IMG/VR virus record: IMGVR_UViG_3300031787_000001
Location: 222,786-286,785 of that record
Reading direction: 5' to 3' (one strand)
DNA: 64,000 bases
Within the stretch, counting starts at the first letter, position 1. Each line of letters begins with the position of its first letter. Positions 10,522 to 18,827 of this stretch are shown here, piece by piece. The translations under genes and the position numbers were made by a program. The notes beneath the pieces were generated by a model. The model had not been told where the DNA came from, searched no databases, and worked only from the letters and a program-made list of their open reading frames with translations.

Positions 10522-10702
10522 CTTTTTTATGTTTTTTAATTTCTTCAAGTATTTCTTTTCTAAATACTTTTGTTAAATCTTTTATTTCTTGTGCATATTT
10601 TCTGGCTCTTATTGACGCACTATGATTTCCTTTTAAAAATACCTTGTTTGTATCAACAGACATTTTCTCAACTAAATCTTTTATGGCTTTTAATGTTTCC
10701 AT
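10505..10702 (-). CDS. Histone H1-like (Hc1-family) small basic protein
   Basis: KGNHSASIRARKYAQEIKDLTKVFRK resembles the KGNKAAG.RARK...E.K...KEFRK pattern of Bacteroidota Hc1-like proteins. Confidence 0.75.
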   Translation of the reverse strand: METLKAIKDLVEKMSVDTNKVFLKGNHSASIRARKYAQEIKDLTKVFRKEILEEIKKHKKDDVGN

Positions 10703-10739
10703 AATATCCTGTTTTTAATATCAATATAAGGAAAAAAAT

Positions 10740-11201
10740 TCATTTTTTCAAGTTTTGATCTAACAATCTATATATTTCTGTGACAACATCTAATTCGGAT
10801 TTATTTTTTATAAAATCCATATCAAAAAGTTTGTCAAAATATTCGTCAATTTTAATCTTTTTATTTTCTATTTTATTAAAATAAAATGCCTCTAAAAAAA
10901 AATTCCAGAAATACTCGTGACAGTTACTTCTATTTTTAAAATATATTTTTTCCTTGTTGAAGTTCTCTACAATTTTATCCCAACACCAGTTAAAGTGACC
11001 TTTAATATCTTCAGTTGTGGAAAGTACATCGGAACCTAAATAAGTATTTTCAATTATCTCATATAATGAGATAAGAAAGTCGTGAAAAAGTTCCATTTTC
11101 TCACGACTTATATTGTAGGCCCTATACCAAATTTCTATTTGATATCTGTAGTTATCTAACGGATTGAATCCATCAATAATTTCTTTTTTATTCATAATCA
11201 C
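10740..11201 (-). CDS. Hypothetical protein
   Basis: 153-aa aromatic-rich ORF. Confidence 0.7.
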   Translation of the reverse strand: MIMNKKEIIDGFNPLDNYRYQIEIWYRAYNISREKMELFHDFLISLYEIIENTYLGSDVLSTTEDIKGHFNWCWDKIVENFNKEKIYFKNRSNCHEYFWNFFLEAFYFNKIENKKIKIDEYFDKLFDMDFIKNKSELDVVTEIYRLLDQNLKK

Positions 11202-11243
11202 TATATGTTACAATATAGTGATAAATAAAAATAAAAAAAAGAA

Positions 11244-12698
11244 TTACTGTGTTTTTTTATTGTAGGAATATAATTTATTTATTTTTTTAAGTTCTTCTTC
11301 AAGTACGTTAGATAATTTATTAGTTGATTCTTTAACAAAATGAACATCTGCAGGATTTTCCCAACTGTGTCCCCAACTAACATCTTTTTTCTTTTTAATA
11401 CTTTCTTTTTTTCTTTTTGTCTTATCTACAATTTTACTTCCTGTTTTATCTTTTACGACGTTTCCGGCATCAGATGAATTACCCATTGTACTATCACCTT
11501 CTAAAGCCTTTTTAACTCTATCTTTAAAACCTTCTGTTGGTTCATAATCAAAAGTTAAATCGCTAGCGGTTTCTCCTCTTTTATCTTCTATCTTTTTTTC
11601 ATCTTCTGATGTGTTTCTAAAAGCCATTTTATCTCCTTTACCTATTGGTTTTGGAAATTCAGGATTATCGTTTCCATCAAAACTTAAATATTTTTTCAAT
11701 TTAGTTGAAAGTTCTTTAGCATAATCTTCATTTTCTTTTTTAGATCCTGATTGAGCTTTTTTAGTTACAGTGACACCAGGAATGCCGGGAATACCAGGTT
11801 GACCTTTAGCCGCTTCTGTTACCATATTACTAATTAAAGAAACTAATTCAGATTCTTTTAAACGTAATTTTTTCTTTGTGGATTCTTTCATTGAACCACA
11901 TTCGTTACATTGACCTTCTTCATTTAATTCACCGATACCACATTCAGAACAAGTTGTTTTTTCACCATCTTCCGCAATATAATCTAAAGATTTCGCCATA
12001 TCGGGTTCATAATCACGTAAACTATCATTGAATCTATCTCCAACTTTTTTACTTATGTCACGTATTTTAGAAAATAATGATATTTTTCCTTTTTTACTTT
12101 GGATATCACTAAGATCTTTATCTAGTTCTGATGTATTTTCGTCTTCGAAACCATCCATGGCTAGATCTATTTCAGATAAGTCAGTATCGTTAGGTAAATT
12201 ACCGTCTTCGGGATTTTCATCAGTTTCATTATCCAAATCCTCTTCCATGTTACATTCTTCACAAGTTTCTTCTTCTTCCATTTTTTTCCACATTTCCTCA
12301 ACGTCGTACACTTCTTCGTTTATTTTTAATTTACTTTTGTTTTGTGTTTTAGCCAATAAAATAGCCTCAGCTAAACTTTTTACTTTTGGTTTACTTTTCA
12401 TATCTTGATTTTCTTTTTCTTGTAATTCTTCACCCATTTTATCCAATTCATCTAACATATGATCATATGAATCATATTCACCTGGTTCAATAATAAATTG
12501 TTTACCTGGGTGTTCTTTTTTTAATTTATCAACAATTTCATTCGCTTCTTCTTCACTTCCACAAACTTGTACGGGTTCACCCTCACAGGTTATTTCATAA
12601 ACCTCATGTTTTCCTTCTTTAGATTCATTAATTATTCTTTTTTTAACCTCGTTAAATAAAGAACTTTCAATAAGATTATTTAAATCAATTGGTTTCAT
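11244..12698 (-). CDS. Acidic low-complexity protein, putative internal head/scaffold protein
   Basis: Likely start MKPIDL at 12698; CxEC motifs; many [ILMV]xE sites. Confidence 0.65.
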   Translation of the reverse strand: MKPIDLNNLIESSLFNEVKKRIINESKEGKHEVYEITCEGEPVQVCGSEEEANEIVDKLKKEHPGKQFIIEPGEYDSYDHMLDELDKMGEELQEKENQDMKSKPKVKSLAEAILLAKTQNKSKLKINEEVYDVEEMWKKMEEEETCEECNMEEDLDNETDENPEDGNLPNDTDLSEIDLAMDGFEDENTSELDKDLSDIQSKKGKISLFSKIRDISKKVGDRFNDSLRDYEPDMAKSLDYIAEDGEKTTCSECGIGELNEEGQCNECGSMKESTKKKLRLKESELVSLISNMVTEAAKGQPGIPGIPGVTVTKKAQSGSKKENEDYAKELSTKLKKYLSFDGNDNPEFPKPIGKGDKMAFRNTSEDEKKIEDKRGETASDLTFDYEPTEGFKDRVKKALEGDSTMGNSSDAGNVVKDKTGSKIVDKTKRKKESIKKKKDVSWGHSWENPADVHFVKESTNKLSNVLEEELKKINKLYSYNKKTQ

Positions 12699-12699
12699 A

Positions 12700-13389
12700 T
12701 CAAATAAATATCTTCTTAATCTCATTTAATACGATATTTTCCAATTCTTTCACTGGTATACCGTGTTTTTTAGATACATCATCTATTGATTCCCTCAAAA
12801 CCTCCAATGCATTTATGTCACCCTGATTACAATATGGGAATTTTTTACATTTATCCTTTATTTTTATAAAGATTCCACCTGGTCCACCCCACTTTGGGAA
12901 GTTTTTATCTTTAACCGCCCTACTTTTACCTATTGTTTCGGGTCCACCGATACTTAAAGGATTCTTTCTACCCTTGGTGGTTTTACCAAATAATGGAACA
13001 TCAAAAGCTGCCCCTGCTGATACAGAAGAGTCCAATGCTTCTGTAAATTCACCTTTTTTACCGTATTCTTTTGAATTTGGTATTGTACTTATTTTTCTTT
13101 TGATTATAGGTGAACTTAGACCTGCCTCAAATGAACCAGACGCGTCGGCGCCCATCATTTCTTTTGTTTCGATCTTTTTTAATTTAGTGTAATATTTCGG
13201 ATCTTCAGATAAATGATCCATAGCAATCTCTCTGGCCATTAATAAATCTTTAGTGTGTTCTTTTTCAACTTTTTGACCTTTTTTTAACTGATCTTTTAAG
13301 TATTCTATGGATACCTTATGTTTTTTAGATATATCAGTCAAAGACATTTTATCTGACAACCCACCTTTTAATTTATTAGTTTTTTTCAT
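12700..13389 (-). CDS. DUF5661-like domain protein, putative head-associated
   Basis: GQKVEKEHTKD...AREIAMDHLSEDPKYYTKL. Confidence 0.65.
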   Translation of the reverse strand: MKKTNKLKGGLSDKMSLTDISKKHKVSIEYLKDQLKKGQKVEKEHTKDLLMAREIAMDHLSEDPKYYTKLKKIETKEMMGADASGSFEAGLSSPIIKRKISTIPNSKEYGKKGEFTEALDSSVSAGAAFDVPLFGKTTKGRKNPLSIGGPETIGKSRAVKDKNFPKWGGPGGIFIKIKDKCKKFPYCNQGDINALEVLRESIDDVSKKHGIPVKELENIVLNEIKKIFI

Positions 13390-13390
13390 A

Positions 13391-13630
13391 TTATCTAACA
13401 GATTTTAAAGAACTTTCCCAAAACGACTTTCTCTGCCATAAGGTTTTAAATAACTCAACAACTACTTTAGTTGAGAGGTCTACGATTTTATCATCAATGT
13501 TTTTAGTTCCTAACTCTTTTTGTATTATTTTTATAACGATATTATGTGCATTTGTCGAATCTAAAAAATCTTTCATCTCCTTTTGTGCAATTTTCTGTAT
13601 TTCTTTCTTATCGTCATTAGTGAGAGCCAT
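13391..13630 (-). CDS. Hypothetical protein
   Basis: 79-aa ORF with 1-nt spacing to both neighbours. Confidence 0.7.
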   Translation of the reverse strand: MALTNDDKKEIQKIAQKEMKDFLDSTNAHNIVIKIIQKELGTKNIDDKIVDLSTKVVVELFKTLWQRKSFWESSLKSVR

Positions 13631-13631
13631 C

Positions 13632-14153
13632 TTAATTATTTTTTCTTTTTCTAATTATTTCATTCATTGTGGTTGAAAATGTCTCATTAAACTTTTCCAA
13701 CTTTGTTATGATTTCTATCACATCTGTCTCAACTTTTAACATATCTGCATTCAAATAAAGTCCATTTTCATCACCCGCAATAAATACAAAATCAATATCT
13801 TGATCCGTTACCGTACCATCCAATCTTATTTGTTCTTGTGTAATTGTTAAACCCGGATCAAATTCAACTAAATTTGAAACTTGTGATTTAAAATTATCAA
13901 TTAATCCCGATATTGAGGTCTTATCTTCTTCAGAAATTTTCATATCAATTTCATCAGAAGAAACTATTTTAACGTCAACATCATTTATAACTGTTATATC
14001 ATCCTGAGTATCGGTATTATTATCTACGGTAGGTATTTCTTGTTCATCTTCTCTTAAAATGTTACCATAAATTTTATTACTTTCATTGATTCTCCTCAAT
14101 GTGTTTAACATTTTCTTTGTCTGATCATAATTTGACATTTGTTTGTTCTGCAT
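13632..14153 (-). CDS. Hypothetical protein, putative virion/internal
   Basis: 173 aa; INES and LRED motifs near the N-terminus. Confidence 0.7.
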   Translation of the reverse strand: MQNKQMSNYDQTKKMLNTLRRINESNKIYGNILREDEQEIPTVDNNTDTQDDITVINDVDVKIVSSDEIDMKISEEDKTSISGLIDNFKSQVSNLVEFDPGLTITQEQIRLDGTVTDQDIDFVFIAGDENGLYLNADMLKVETDVIEIITKLEKFNETFSTTMNEIIRKRKNN

Positions 14154-14748
14154 TTTTAAAAAATATATTAAAGTTAAATGAAGGGTTTATATCTGTATAA
14201 ATATCTGAAAAATTCGATTTACATGTTATCCCCCTAAAATTTCGAGCATTATTAAAAAATCCTTGTGAGGGTACTATTTGTTTATTTATACCGTGATTAT
14301 CACATAGTTTTTCACATAATTCGGAAAGGACAGATAATTGATCGTCGTTATATTTGTCCCAAAAATAGTGGTTTCTCCAATTTTTAACGAACGGTTCAGA
14401 TCTATATGGGTCTCCGATCCAATTATTTAAAAACCCATTTATTGTATTTTTATTTAACCACCCAAGATTTTCAATTGCTATTTTTATTATTTTTTTATCT
14501 AATTTATCGTCTTTAAATGTTCTTGAACTATAATTTGTGTCAAAAATTTGATATACCATACCTAATTTAGAGACAACAAAATGGGGCACATCTTCATATG
14601 CCCCATTTTTACGATATCTTATTTTATTTATGAAATCATCTACTCTTCTTTTGGTATCATAAAGTAGAATTTGACTTTTTTTCGTTTTTTTTCTAATTAT
14701 ATTAATTTTCGAATTATCTAAATTTTCTACGTTGTGAATTATTAACAT
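14125..14748 (-). CDS. N-acetylmuramoyl-L-alanine amidase (Amidase_2)-like protein, catalytically degenerate
   Basis: PHFVVSKLGMVYQIF, IKIAIENLG, Y.DDQL..L.EL...L, DINPSF fit the fold, but ILLYDT replaces the usual I.LHHT. Confidence 0.65.
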   Translation of the reverse strand: MLIIHNVENLDNSKINIIRKKTKKSQILLYDTKRRVDDFINKIRYRKNGAYEDVPHFVVSKLGMVYQIFDTNYSSRTFKDDKLDKKIIKIAIENLGWLNKNTINGFLNNWIGDPYRSEPFVKNWRNHYFWDKYNDDQLSVLSELCEKLCDNHGINKQIVPSQGFFNNARNFRGITCKSNFSDIYTDINPSFNFNIFFKNAEQTNVKL

Positions 14749-15169
14749 TTCTTAACACTTTTTTTACTGTACCTCCGTTATTGTTTGGATCTTCTCCATT
14801 TTTATTTGGTCCATAACTATAATAATATGGTATATGTGTGCCCTCGTTAGTAAATTTCATATCATCAATCTTATTGTCAATAGGATTTGAATCGTTTTCT
14901 TTAATTTCAGATTGAGTAATGTCTTCTTGAATTAAGTTTTCCGTATTTTTTTCTTCTTGGATTTCCTCAACTTTATTTTCAGATAAGGTTTCTTTAACTT
15001 CTTCTTGGATTTCTTCGATTTTAGGATCAATTTCTTTTTCGTTATTTAAATTATCGTTTGTTTCATCCTGAATTTGATTATTGATAATTTCTTCTTCAAT
15101 AATTTGATCTTTTTTTTCTATCGTTTCATTATTTTCTAACTTTGTTGAATTCTCTATTTGGTTTTCTAA
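14714..15169 (-). CDS. -1 frame extension (151 aa) of the upstream membrane protein
   Basis: Stop-free frame LENQIENSTKLENN...VKKVLRNVNNSQRRKFR* begins right after the A10 run at 15170-15179; same E/N/K/I composition as the upstream ORF tail. Confidence 0.75.
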   Translation of the reverse strand, partial: LENQIENSTKLENNETIEKKDQIIEEEIINNQIQDETNDNLNNEKEIDPKIEEIQEEVKETLSENKVEEIQEEKNTENLIQEDITQSEIKENDSNPIDNKIDDMKFTNEGTHIPYYYSYGPNKNGEDPNNNGGTVKKVLRNVNNSQRRKFR

Positions 15170-16254
15170 TTTTTTTTTTCTTCCTCTTCTTCTATTAATT
15201 TAGACTGTGGTATATTTTCATTTTGAACTTGTTCTTCAATTTTTTGTTCTTCTCTATCTATAAAATTATTTTCATTTGATTCAGATTCTATTTCTTCTAC
15301 TTGATCAATATTTTTATTTTCTTGGAAAATATTTTCCTCTTTTGATTCTATAGTGGAAAATTCTTCACTTTCAGAACGTTCAGTGGGCTCTATAGTGGAA
15401 TAATTTTGTTCTTCTTTTTTTGTGCTTTGATGAATTAAATCACCATCACTAATATCTTCACGTTCATGTTCGTGCACATATTCATTATTTGAGTTATTTT
15501 TTATTTCATTTTTTAATGAATCACCTTCACTTTCATCTTTTGAATTCTTTATTCTTTTTTTATCATTTACAATTTCATTGTCTGTTTTTTCAGTTTTTTT
15601 ATTGTCGCCATCAGAATTATTTATTTTATTTTCTTTACTTTTTTTTGTTATAAATTCTTCAATTTTTTGTAGTTCTTCTTCTGTTGGTGTGTATTTTTCA
15701 CTTAATTCCTTTTCCGCTTCGATAATAGCCGCCTCCCTACTTATTTTTTCTATATCAACAACAGGTTCAAGTGTCTGTGTTTTTTTTCTATCTTCTTCAG
15801 TAAATTTAACTAACATATGAAGAAACGATAACGAAATGATGGGAAGCATACCTCCAGCAAAAAACGCCAAAAATCTTTTATGACCAACTAGATCGGTGTT
15901 ATCTACACCCATAAACTCAACCATTGGGGAGACGAGTTCTATCCAATCTTTAAAAGATTTACTATCTATATCAATAAAGGAATAGGCAAAATAAATATTA
16001 CCAATAAATTGTACTAATGTAACTAACCCGAATGGGAAATATACTTTTTTACCCATATCAGCAGAAATGGCTGCAAGTGTAGATAACGCAGCAATTTCAA
16101 TACCTATTGAAAGATATATTGCCCAACTAACCGGATTAGATATTCCGTACCATTTAGTTACGTGTGAAATTGAAACTAACGCAACTGTGAAAATTGGTAC
16201 CAAAAAGGCACCAATGATCAAAAGTTTATAATTTTTACTTATCCAATTCTTCAT
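15166..16254 (-). CDS. Multi-pass membrane protein with long acidic C-terminal tail
   Basis: About four TM helices in the first 150 aa; ends EEEEEKKN at an A10 run. Confidence 0.8.
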   Translation of the reverse strand: MKNWISKNYKLLIIGAFLVPIFTVALVSISHVTKWYGISNPVSWAIYLSIGIEIAALSTLAAISADMGKKVYFPFGLVTLVQFIGNIYFAYSFIDIDSKSFKDWIELVSPMVEFMGVDNTDLVGHKRFLAFFAGGMLPIISLSFLHMLVKFTEEDRKKTQTLEPVVDIEKISREAAIIEAEKELSEKYTPTEEELQKIEEFITKKSKENKINNSDGDNKKTEKTDNEIVNDKKRIKNSKDESEGDSLKNEIKNNSNNEYVHEHEREDISDGDLIHQSTKKEEQNYSTIEPTERSESEEFSTIESKEENIFQENKNIDQVEEIESESNENNFIDREEQKIEEQVQNENIPQSKLIEEEEEKKN

Positions 16255-16258
16255 AATA

Positions 16259-16546
16259 TTATTTTAATTTACCTTCAAGAGTTGTGATTTCCTGATCAAT
16301 TTGTGTTTGTCTATTAACGTCCAAAATTTTACGATCAGTTGATTGTATCATTCTCTTTTCAGATTTAAGACCTTCGATTTGTAATCTTAAATCCAACTCC
16401 TTTTTATTGTAAGTAGAATCTTTTAGTTCTTTCATTTCTTTTCTGATTTTACTAATCTCTCTACTATCACCACAACTTTTAAAGAATGATAATAACATAA
16501 TCACAAATACAATAATTGTAAATTTTTCTTCGATAAACTTTTTCAT
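16259..16546 (-). CDS. Putative lipoprotein / spanin-like coiled-coil protein
   Basis: Hydrophobic stretch ending SFFKSC, followed by a coiled coil. Confidence 0.55.
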   Translation of the reverse strand: MKKFIEEKFTIIVFVIMLLSFFKSCGDSREISKIRKEMKELKDSTYNKKELDLRLQIEGLKSEKRMIQSTDRKILDVNRQTQIDQEITTLEGKLK

Positions 16547-16556
16547 ATTTTTTTAT

Positions 16557-17372
16557 TTATAAATAGTTAAATAGAGAATAACTCTCATTTCTTAATTTTT
16601 TTATTGCTTTATCTCTTAGTTGTCTTATTCTTTCTTTTGTACATCCGAATTGTTCTCCCAAGTCATCCAAATTAGATTCGACACCGGTTAAACCATAATA
16701 TCTTTCGATTATTGTTTTTTCTCTATCATCTAAAACACTTAACATCAATGAAACCTTTTTTTTGATTTCTTCTTTTGTGTTTAAAGAATTTTCAGGATTA
16801 TCGGCATTTTTATTTGGTACAATATCAATTATTTGGTCGCCGTCTTCATTTATCTCACTGTTCAAACTAATACAATAAGGTATACTAACATCAATAAAGT
16901 TATCGTTATTTTTGACCAAAAACATATCTTCGTCGTGTTCTACGTTTTTTTTCTGTTTCTGTGTTTCTTGAATAACATTTGATGGAATACGTATAGTTCT
17001 TGAATTTTCATTTAACGACGCTAAAATAGATTGTTTAACCCACCAAACAGCATAAGATATGAATTTAAATCCACTTGTTGGGTCGAACCTTTCTGCTGCT
17101 TTTATTAAACCTATATTACCTTCTGAAATTAAATCAAGTAATTCCAATCCTTGATTTTGATACATTTTAGCAACGGAAATAACAAATCTAAGATTACCTA
17201 CAACCAACTCATTTAATAATTTTCCTCTTTCGTTTTTAGATAAGTTTTTGTCTTTTAAAGTTTCGAAGATTTCTTCTTGTCTTTCATGACTGATTACAGG
17301 AATCTTTTTAAGGTCTTTAATGTAGGATTGTAATTCTTCCGTGTTCGGTGCAATCGACTTTTTTAGTTGCAT
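16557..17372 (-). CDS. RNA polymerase sigma70-family (RpoD/SigA-like) factor
   Basis: NLRFVISVAK, DLISEGNIGLIKAAERFD, FKFISYAVWWVKQSI, region 4 TKERIRQL..KAIKKLR. Confidence 0.95.
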   Translation of the reverse strand: MQLKKSIAPNTEELQSYIKDLKKIPVISHERQEEIFETLKDKNLSKNERGKLLNELVVGNLRFVISVAKMYQNQGLELLDLISEGNIGLIKAAERFDPTSGFKFISYAVWWVKQSILASLNENSRTIRIPSNVIQETQKQKKNVEHDEDMFLVKNNDNFIDVSIPYCISLNSEINEDGDQIIDIVPNKNADNPENSLNTKEEIKKKVSLMLSVLDDREKTIIERYYGLTGVESNLDDLGEQFGCTKERIRQLRDKAIKKLRNESYSLFNYL

Positions 17373-17438
17373 AGTAATGGTATACGTTTTACGTTATAAA
17401 ATATAAACAAAAAAAATGAAAATGGGAAATTATTTCAG

Positions 17439-18068
17439 TTATTTTTTTAACTTAATCTTCCAATAAATTCCCGCCTGTATAGATGTGGTAAAGTTATTAT
17501 TTAACCCGATACCCAAACTATACATGTGATCTGTTTTGGTTTTCAACACTAAGGTAGGTCCAAAATAATTAAAACCAACTCTTCTATCTGCCCCGATCTG
17601 ACCACCAACATAAAGTTGAGGTTTTGGTAACTCTTTTACAATGATACTATCACGTACATGAACCTGATTTATGTTAGACTTAAAAGTCCTAGAAACAATT
17701 TTATTTTTCTGTATTGTATCAGTAATTTGAACTGTTCCCAAACTATCTTCAAGTTTAATAGTATCTTTATAAATGTATTTAGCGAAGTAATCTTTTAAAA
17801 TTTCTCCAGTATCAACATTACTAGGTACGTCAACATAAATTGGTTTTTCAACATATATTGTTTCACCTTGTTTATATATTGTCTGTGTTTTTGTTATATA
17901 CTGTGTGTCCCTTATTCTTTTAATGACCTCATACTTTTTACCATCTACTTTTATTATTTCACCGGGTTTTGGTTGAGGTTTGGGTGTACACATCTTCAAC
18001 AATAATATAACAATAATTAAAACCGCAATTAGTAATGTCTTAAAATCTAATTTTAATAAATTTCTCAT
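17439..18068 (-). CDS. Membrane-anchored/lipoprotein envelope protein (spanin-like)
   Basis: N-terminal TM followed by Cys, beta-rich D-T/S segments, C-terminal amphipathic strands ending GIYWKIKLKK. Confidence 0.55.
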   Translation of the reverse strand: MRNLLKLDFKTLLIAVLIIVILLLKMCTPKPQPKPGEIIKVDGKKYEVIKRIRDTQYITKTQTIYKQGETIYVEKPIYVDVPSNVDTGEILKDYFAKYIYKDTIKLEDSLGTVQITDTIQKNKIVSRTFKSNINQVHVRDSIIVKELPKPQLYVGGQIGADRRVGFNYFGPTLVLKTKTDHMYSLGIGLNNNFTTSIQAGIYWKIKLKK

Positions 18069-18103
18069 GTTTTTTTATAAATAAATACACAAAAATGAGA
18101 TTT

Positions 18104-18778
18104 TTACTTTTTCTTTTTGACGATTTCATCAATGATACCATACTCCAAAGCCTCTTCTGAAGACAACCACAAATCCCTTATTGTGTCAGTTTTTATCTGA
18201 TCTGCAGTCTTTCCACAATATTCCCCAAGTAATTCAAACAATTTATCATTTAATCTCTTCCATTGTTTCATGTCTATCTCAGCATCTTGAATATTACCTC
18301 TGAAACCACCACTAGATTGGTGTAACATTGTTTCGGAGTTCTCCAAAGAACCTCTTTTCCCTTTGGTTCCCGCCCCTAATAATACTGACCCCATTGATGC
18401 GGCCATTCCCGTATTAATAGTTCTAATGTCGGACTTAATATAATTCATAACATCAACCATTGATAACCCAGATTTAACACTACCACCTGGACTATCAATA
18501 TGCATGGTTATGTCATTATAATCTATACTATCCAAAAACATAAGTTGTGCTTGGACAATTGTGGACATGTGATCATTTACCTCACCAGCAACCCATATGA
18601 TACGTTCCATCATTAATCTTGAAAAGACATCCATTGCGGTAACATTCATTTGTCTTTCCTCGAGAATGTAGGGGGTTAAACTATTTTCTATTCTTTTGTT
18701 ATAGTAGTCCATTTTTAATGAACCGATACCGTGATCTTTGGCAAATAAACCGAAATTTTTTAAGTCTTTTGGTGTCAT
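18104..18778 (-). CDS. clpP: ATP-dependent Clp protease proteolytic subunit
   Basis: DVFSRLMMERII, IDSPGGSV, AASMGS (Ser), MLHQ (His), RDLWL (Asp). Confidence 0.95.
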   Translation of the reverse strand: MTPKDLKNFGLFAKDHGIGSLKMDYYNKRIENSLTPYILEERQMNVTAMDVFSRLMMERIIWVAGEVNDHMSTIVQAQLMFLDSIDYNDITMHIDSPGGSVKSGLSMVDVMNYIKSDIRTINTGMAASMGSVLLGAGTKGKRGSLENSETMLHQSSGGFRGNIQDAEIDMKQWKRLNDKLFELLGEYCGKTADQIKTDTIRDLWLSSEEALEYGIIDEIVKKKK

Positions 18779-18827
18779 ATTTTATTTTTTTCAAAATTAA
18801 GTAATAATGTCTAGTATACAAAAAATG

